Assembly (NCBI GenBank): GCA_963704645.1
Contig: OY969926.1
Span: 32,001 to 96,000 of the forward strand
Direction of reading: 5' to 3'
Source of the DNA: an uncultured bacterium
GTDB taxonomy: Bacteria > Patescibacteriota > JACMRA01
Length of the DNA stretch: 64,000 bases
The position numbers and the translations under genes are program-made. Under the pieces are notes generated by a model that did not search any database, had not been told where the DNA came from, and saw nothing but the letters and a program-made list of their open reading frames with translations. Below are positions 58,717-64,000 of the stretch, in pieces; position 1 is the stretch's first letter, and each line of letters starts with the position of its first letter.

Positions 58717-59598
58717 TTAAACCTTCAAAAACTCTCGGAAATCGTAGATGAAACTAACCAAATCTTCATCCATAGTATTATGTCCCACACCTTTGTACAT
58801 TTTATAATGGAAAGTTGGAGTTGCAGAAGTATTATTTAAATCGATAATAGTTTTTTTACTTTTAGCTACATCAGCATAACTTTCAATTACTATGCCTAAT
58901 TTTTGTACCTCACTAACTGTAGCCAGCAAATCAGTTTGACCTGAAATAGCTAAAATTGGAATTTTAATAAGCTTTAACTGATCTTCTAAGGTTAGCTTTC
59001 TAAATTCTTTCTCAAAGTTATGAGCTTGAACAATTTTCATACAACTGTTAAAACCTTTTCTTTTGGGGTTTTCTATAAAAATTTGCAAGGCTGTTTTCCA
59101 TCTAATAGAACCTACTATTTTCTGAATTCTTTTTAAAGTTTTTTCCGATCTAGTAAAAATTAAATTCTTGTAAAACCAGTTAAGTGAATTAATTAAACCT
59201 GAATTGAATCTATTCGGCGTAGAAATTAAAACTATCTTTTCAACCAAATTTGGCATTTTCATTGCGAAATTTAAGGCTATAACTCCCCCTACTGAATGAC
59301 CTACTAATACAATTTTATCTAATCTTAAGGCTGAAACTACTTCTGGCTTACCCGTAAGAATTAATTTATTAGCTAATTTCTGTTGTAACGCTAACTTAGG
59401 TAAAAAGTTTTCTTCAATTAATTTGTTTGTATCTTCTAACGAAAAAGTTTTGTCATTATTAGGATGCCCAGGCAAGGACAAAGTAAAAGTTTCTAAAATA
59501 GAAGCATCTGAGTATGTTTCGTCTAAGTTTAAAATTCCTCTTATTTGAGGAATCCAAAAACTGCTAGTTGCTGCTGTGCCATGGATGAATAAGTACAT
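58717..59598 (-). CDS. Alpha/beta hydrolase
   Basis: FIHG, LPGH, GHSVGG nucleophile elbow, G..D and GH. Confidence 0.88.
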   Translation of the reverse strand: MYLFIHGTAATSSFWIPQIRGILNLDETYSDASILETFTLSLPGHPNNDKTFSLEDTNKLIEENFLPKLALQQKLANKLILTGKPEVVSALRLDKIVLVGHSVGGVIALNFAMKMPNLVEKIVLISTPNRFNSGLINSLNWFYKNLIFTRSEKTLKRIQKIVGSIRWKTALQIFIENPKRKGFNSCMKIVQAHNFEKEFRKLTLEDQLKLIKIPILAISGQTDLLATVSEVQKLGIVIESYADVAKSKKTIIDLNNTSATPTFHYKMYKGVGHNTMDEDLVSFIYDFREFLKV

Positions 59599-59644
59599 TT
59601 AATGTAGTGTTATTTACAGTTGAAAGTGTTGTCAAAGCAATAAA

Positions 59645-60043
59645 TTATTTAGAAGGACTCTCTAGGTTTAATTTTGTTCTTTCTTCCTCGCCTAAAAATT
59701 TAATTATAAAGAAGCGAATTGATAAATACACCACAAAAGTAATAATTACGAAGTTAATTAAATCGGTTATAAATGAACCAACTTTTATATCGTAAGGGCT
59801 AAAATTACTTAAATCTACTAAACCAATAAACTTAGCTAAAATTTTATTAATAATATTATCTACTAAAGAATTAACTAATTTTGTTACAGCCTGACCAATA
59901 ACAACACCAATTGCCAAACCAACTACGCCGTATTTTTTTATAAAATCTACGAAATCGGCAATTAAATTGCTTTTTGCTTTTTTATTGATTTGTTCTTCTT
60001 TCTCTAATGAAACTTGTTCTAAATTGTTATCTATTTTGTTCAT
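59645..60043 (-). CDS. mscL: Large-conductance mechanosensitive channel
   Basis: FVDFIKKYGVVGLAIGVVIGQA..KLVNSLVDNII; GSFITDLINFVI. Confidence 0.88.
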   Translation of the reverse strand: MNKIDNNLEQVSLEKEEQINKKAKSNLIADFVDFIKKYGVVGLAIGVVIGQAVTKLVNSLVDNIINKILAKFIGLVDLSNFSPYDIKVGSFITDLINFVIITFVVYLSIRFFIIKFLGEEERTKLNLESPSK

Positions 60044-60158
60044 AAAATAAGGACATTTTTAAAGAATAAAGAGGCACAAAAACCAACCTGTCAAGCAAAA
60101 TTTGTTTTGACATAAGCATATTTGTGACGTATTCTTAGTTAAACATAAAACCACAGCA

Positions 60159-61103
60159 ATGCCTCTTATTTCTTTTATTTTACCTGTTCATAACGAGGAA
60201 GATAATATTAAAATACTTTACAATAGAATAATTAAGCTAAAAAAAGACCTTCCTAAATATTCTTTTGAATTAATTTTTGTAAACGATTTTAGCACCGACA
60301 ATTCTTTTAAGGAAATGCAAGATTTGCATAAAAAAGACCCTGAGCAAGTTAAAATTATTAACTTTAGTAAAAATTATGGACACCAAATTGCTGTAACTGC
60401 AGCACAAGATTACGCTGAAGGAGATGCTGTAATTATAATGGACACCGACTTACAAGATCCGCCAGAGGTTTGTTTAGAATTAGTTCAAAAGTATGAAGAA
60501 GGTTTTGATGTGGTTTACGCTCAACGTTCAAAATATAAATCTAGTTTTACCAAACAACTATTCGGGTTTGTTTTTTACAGATTATTAAAAAGTATTGCCA
60601 GTGTAGATATTCCAGTAGATACAGGAGACTTCAGACTTCTAAGCCGAAGAGTTAATTTAGAAATGAGAAAATACAAAGAAAAATCTAGATATTTAAGAGC
60701 TATTTCTTCTTTAATAGGGTTCAAGCAAACTGCCGTACAATTTGTTAGAGCCCCAAGATTAAATGGCGAACCGAGTTATAATTTCACCAAAAGTTTAAAG
60801 CTAGCCATGGATGGAATTACGTCTTTTTCTTTGTTCCCAATAAGATTTATTAGCTTTTTTGGTATTTTAATTTCCACCTCCAGCTTATTGGCCATGGTAA
60901 CCTATTTTGTGTATGCCATATTTTTTAAAGGCGAGCTTTCGGCTTGGGGCAGCATTTTATTAATAATAATTTTTATGGGTGGAATACAAATGTTTATGCT
61001 AGGAATTATTGGCGAATACGTGGGAAGAATTTTTATTGAAGTTTTAAATAGACCGCTTTACACAGTAGCAAATTTTGTTGGTTTGGAAGAAAAGACAAAG
61101 TAA
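60159..61103 (+). CDS. GT2 polyprenol-phosphate glycosyltransferase (GtrB-like)
   Basis: PVHNEE, NYGHQIA, MDTDLQDPP, TGDFRLL, two TM helices and GEYVGRI. Confidence 0.92.
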   Translation: MPLISFILPVHNEEDNIKILYNRIIKLKKDLPKYSFELIFVNDFSTDNSFKEMQDLHKKDPEQVKIINFSKNYGHQIAVTAAQDYAEGDAVIIMDTDLQDPPEVCLELVQKYEEGFDVVYAQRSKYKSSFTKQLFGFVFYRLLKSIASVDIPVDTGDFRLLSRRVNLEMRKYKEKSRYLRAISSLIGFKQTAVQFVRAPRLNGEPSYNFTKSLKLAMDGITSFSLFPIRFISFFGILISTSSLLAMVTYFVYAIFFKGELSAWGSILLIIIFMGGIQMFMLGIIGEYVGRIFIEVLNRPLYTVANFVGLEEKTK

Positions 61104-61178
61104 TAAACTTTATAAAAGAAAAATTCCCCAGATTACAATATTGTAATTTTTGGGGCATTTGTTTTGTTGAAAATGAAA

Positions 61179-61616
61179 TTAATATTCAATGATTTCTAGG
61201 TTGATATCAGGCCACCATTGACTGCAAAATTCTATTAAGTAGGTGGCTAGTTCACTAGAACCATCTTCATGAATTAATTCTGAGTAATCTAATGAAGCCG
61301 ATTTCAATGAGCAGGCATGTTTATAGATATAAATACTTGAAACTGGGTGCAGACTTGGAACTAGCTGAGATAAAATTTCTTCCAGATCTGGTGAGAAAAA
61401 ACCGTCGATTGAAGAAATGTAAACTCTTGGAGGTCGTGGCTCAAACTCTACATCTAAAATATAGTGGGGATTTTTAGAAATATTTCTAGCAAATGACTCA
61501 ACAGTTCGAGAATCGTAGGCATTTGGAACTAAATCCAAAACGCAAATCAACTCTTGATTAGGAAGGCTACGAAGCTTCTCAATCCATAAATCAGCAAGGC
61601 TTTTAGTTCTAGGCAC
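61179..61616 (-). CDS. Hypothetical protein
   Basis: 145-aa ORF filling the gap; convergent hairpin near 61125-61156. Confidence 0.55.
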   Translation of the reverse strand: MPRTKSLADLWIEKLRSLPNQELICVLDLVPNAYDSRTVESFARNISKNPHYILDVEFEPRPPRVYISSIDGFFSPDLEEILSQLVPSLHPVSSIYIYKHACSLKSASLDYSELIHEDGSSELATYLIEFCSQWWPDINLEIIEY

Positions 61617-61769
61617 TTTTGTTCACTAACTCTACATCTTTTTAATACAAAGCAAAAGGCTGAAGCAAGTCAAGCGATATAACAATTTGCTAAAACAAAT
61701 CTGTCTTGTAATACAATCTTGACTAAAGCTAATTTTAATAGGTTAACTTATCAAAATAACAAGCACACA

Positions 61770-63041
61770 ATGGTTAATCAAAAAGCTTCAGACAATGTTT
61801 CTGAATTACGAAAAAATGTGGAAATTGCACACATAGTTACCTACCCAAGTTTAGGTCAAAAACATTCAAATTTTAGTGCTTTAGCAGGTTATACCAAAAA
61901 CTTAATAGACGGGTTTGAACCAGAACAAAGAGCAAAGCAAGTAGTTCTTTCTAATATAAAAACTGAACAAGACAATGGCGATGGTGAAAATAGTTTTGAG
62001 TTTGATGGGGTTTTAGTAGAAGAAATTTGGCATAGGGGTAGTTTAATGTTTTGGTTACCAATTTTTAATTATTTAAGGCGAAACAAACAAATTAAAGTAG
62101 TTCACTTGCAACATGAATTTAACATGTTTGGTGGTTTACTAAGTATTATTTTAATTCCATGGCTTTTGTTTTTAATTAGAATTGTTTTAAGGAGGAGAAT
62201 TGTATCAACGTTCCACGAAATTTTTAGTCCGAAATTAATTAATAAAAACTTCATGCAGGCTAATAATTTAGACATTCCTGTATGGATAGCTAAAATTGTA
62301 TTCTATTTTTACTTCCAACTAACCATTTTACTATTTATAGACAAAGTTGTTGTACACGATGATTTCTTTAAAAATATTTTGAAAAACGAGTACCACTTCA
62401 CCAAAAAAGTTGTAACCATTGCCCATGGCGTAGAAAATTTAAGCTGGAGCATGACACAAACTGATGCAAGGCAAAAACTTAATCTTCCTGAAAATAAAAA
62501 AGTATTAATGTTCTTTGGCTTTTTAGCAGGTTACAAAGGAGTTGAGCTTTTAATTGAAGGCTTTAAGAAACTAGAAAACAAACAAGATTATCAATTAATT
62601 ATTGCTGGCGGAAAAGTAAAACGCGTAGCTGGCGACCCACGATACCAGGCGTGGCTAGATAAAATTATGGAAGACTGTAAAAACCTTGGAATTCAAACCC
62701 CTGGCTTTGTAAAAAACGACGATATTGAAACCTATTTCAGAGCTTCCGATTTGTTAATTCTGCCATATTTAACCCCTCAATCTATGAGTGGAATTATGGC
62801 TATGGCCGTTGGTTTTGGGCAACCATTTATAGCTAGCAGTTCATTCAAAGAACGAGTAGAAGACAATTGGTTATTTAATTTAGAGCCTCAAGCCTTGGCA
62901 GATAAAGTAGATTGGTTCTTCAGTGCAGACAAAAATTCACAGGAAATGATTAGCTATTTGAAAGTACTTAAAAATGAACGCTTATGGACTGTAATTGCAA
63001 CTGAAACTGACCAAGTTTACAAACAACTTTTAGCTGCCTAA
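61770..63041 (+). CDS. GT4 glycosyltransferase
   Basis: HLQHEF, FFGFLAGYKGVE and ASDLLILPY...SG; start set at ATG 61770. Confidence 0.9.
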   Translation: MVNQKASDNVSELRKNVEIAHIVTYPSLGQKHSNFSALAGYTKNLIDGFEPEQRAKQVVLSNIKTEQDNGDGENSFEFDGVLVEEIWHRGSLMFWLPIFNYLRRNKQIKVVHLQHEFNMFGGLLSIILIPWLLFLIRIVLRRRIVSTFHEIFSPKLINKNFMQANNLDIPVWIAKIVFYFYFQLTILLFIDKVVVHDDFFKNILKNEYHFTKKVVTIAHGVENLSWSMTQTDARQKLNLPENKKVLMFFGFLAGYKGVELLIEGFKKLENKQDYQLIIAGGKVKRVAGDPRYQAWLDKIMEDCKNLGIQTPGFVKNDDIETYFRASDLLILPYLTPQSMSGIMAMAVGFGQPFIASSSFKERVEDNWLFNLEPQALADKVDWFFSADKNSQEMISYLKVLKNERLWTVIATETDQVYKQLLAA

Positions 63042-63058
63042 TTTTGATTATATAGAAT

Positions 63059-64000
63059 ATGACCGGTCCAGATTTAACAAATACAATGCCTGAAAATTTA
63101 AACAATAAAAATAAGAAAACTATTTTACTTCTTGGCACCCACGGGCAAGATAACTGGGGAGACGAAATTTTATTAGAAACATTTTTACAAAGCCTTGGCG
63201 AACAAAATAAATACTTAGTAAATTCTTATAACCCAGAACAAACTTTGCAAAGATTTAGCAAAGAATTTAGAGGAGATTTTGACGTGGAAGTTTTTCATAC
63301 AACCAAAGAAATTTTAAAATTACCATTTAGAATTTGGAAAAGCGATGTAGTTTTTTTTGCTGGTGGAAGCATTTTAAAAGAACTATACGCCAGTTACGGA
63401 AGATGGGCTTATTCTACACTTTTCATGATTTTGGGCATAGTAACTTTTGCTAATATTATTGCCAGAAAAACTATAGTAACCAGCAACATTGGGGTTGGAC
63501 CTGTAAAAACTAAATTTGGCAGGTTTTTAGTTAAATTAATTTTAAGCCAAGTTGATGTAATTAGTTTAAGAGATGAAGCCAGCAAAGCCATTGTTTTAGA
63601 AGCTGGAATTAAAGAAACAAGAGTGATTGTAGTTCCAGATATTGTGTTTATTAGAGATCCGCAATCTTTTGGTGTTTTAGTACAAAGCGAAGACAAGAGA
63701 ATAGCCAATATTTCTTCTAATAAAGCTACTTTAACCATTGGTTTAAACCTAAACAAAGATATTGCCAAGCCAGAAATGTGGCCAAGTTTACTTGAAAATG
63801 TAAGCCAATGTTTAACCCAGTTGAAGAAAGACAAAGGTGGAACAGATCAGGAAATTGAAATTATTGGAATTCCAATGCAAATTGGCTATAATAACCATCA
63901 CGATTTGTTAATTTTAAACCAGTTTGCAGATGCAAACCCTGCCCTAAATATTAAGGTAGAAAACCCTAAAACTTCGGCTGCCCTAGCTAAAATTATTAGA
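63059..64000 (+). CDS. Polysaccharide pyruvyl transferase family protein (3' truncated by window)
   Basis: LLGTHGQDNWGDEILL, AGGSIL, GVGP, ISLRDEAS and VVPD; absent from the ORF track because it has no stop in the window. Confidence 0.85.
   Translation, partial: MTGPDLTNTMPENLNNKNKKTILLLGTHGQDNWGDEILLETFLQSLGEQNKYLVNSYNPEQTLQRFSKEFRGDFDVEVFHTTKEILKLPFRIWKSDVVFFAGGSILKELYASYGRWAYSTLFMILGIVTFANIIARKTIVTSNIGVGPVKTKFGRFLVKLILSQVDVISLRDEASKAIVLEAGIKETRVIVVPDIVFIRDPQSFGVLVQSEDKRIANISSNKATLTIGLNLNKDIAKPEMWPSLLENVSQCLTQLKKDKGGTDQEIEIIGIPMQIGYNNHHDLLILNQFADANPALNIKVENPKTSAALAKIIR

Noticed and set aside
63409-63834. 141-aa minus-strand ORF
   Set aside because: Antisense shadow of the pyruvyl transferase gene on the plus strand
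1-64000. Alternative genetic code (TGA=Gly, as in Gracilibacteria)
   Set aside because: Conserved genes are full length under code 11, and TGA ends ORFs at plausible termini (48315, 57071)

Overview
AT-rich bacterial chromosome segment read in genetic code 11. Gene content (VirB2-like pilin, giant VirB6/TrbL-like membrane protein, short ProRS, comEC/comM) suggests a Patescibacteria/CPR organism; this is inference. The centre is a 22.3-kb integrative element (20831-43180) bounded by a perfect 16-bp direct repeat derived from the 3' end of tRNA-Ala(GGC). Its large serine recombinase gene spans the att core. In the integrated state the protein ends in a 16-aa tail read antisense from the tRNA. 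Excision would fuse it in frame to a different 49-aa tail at the far junction. The cargo is a Shango-like anti-phage trio and an unassigned 11-gene enzyme cluster (nucleotidyltransferase, aminotransferase, PEP-utilising dikinase, NDK-like protein, unknown protein, 2 Nudix, 2 His-phosphatases, 2OG-Fe(II) oxygenase, GNAT). The flanks hold housekeeping genes, an IS1595-family element with 8-bp TSD, a Phd/VapC TA pair and tRNA-Met. A RAYT transposase is accompanied by GTAG-type REPs that have inserted in frame into proteins, including the RAYT itself. There is also a cassette-like array of small surface proteins with near-identical promoters, a LysRS-DUF2000 fusion, and promoter geometry suggesting widespread leaderless mRNAs. 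No CRISPR array or rRNA was seen. All family assignments come from motif recognition by eye, not database searches.
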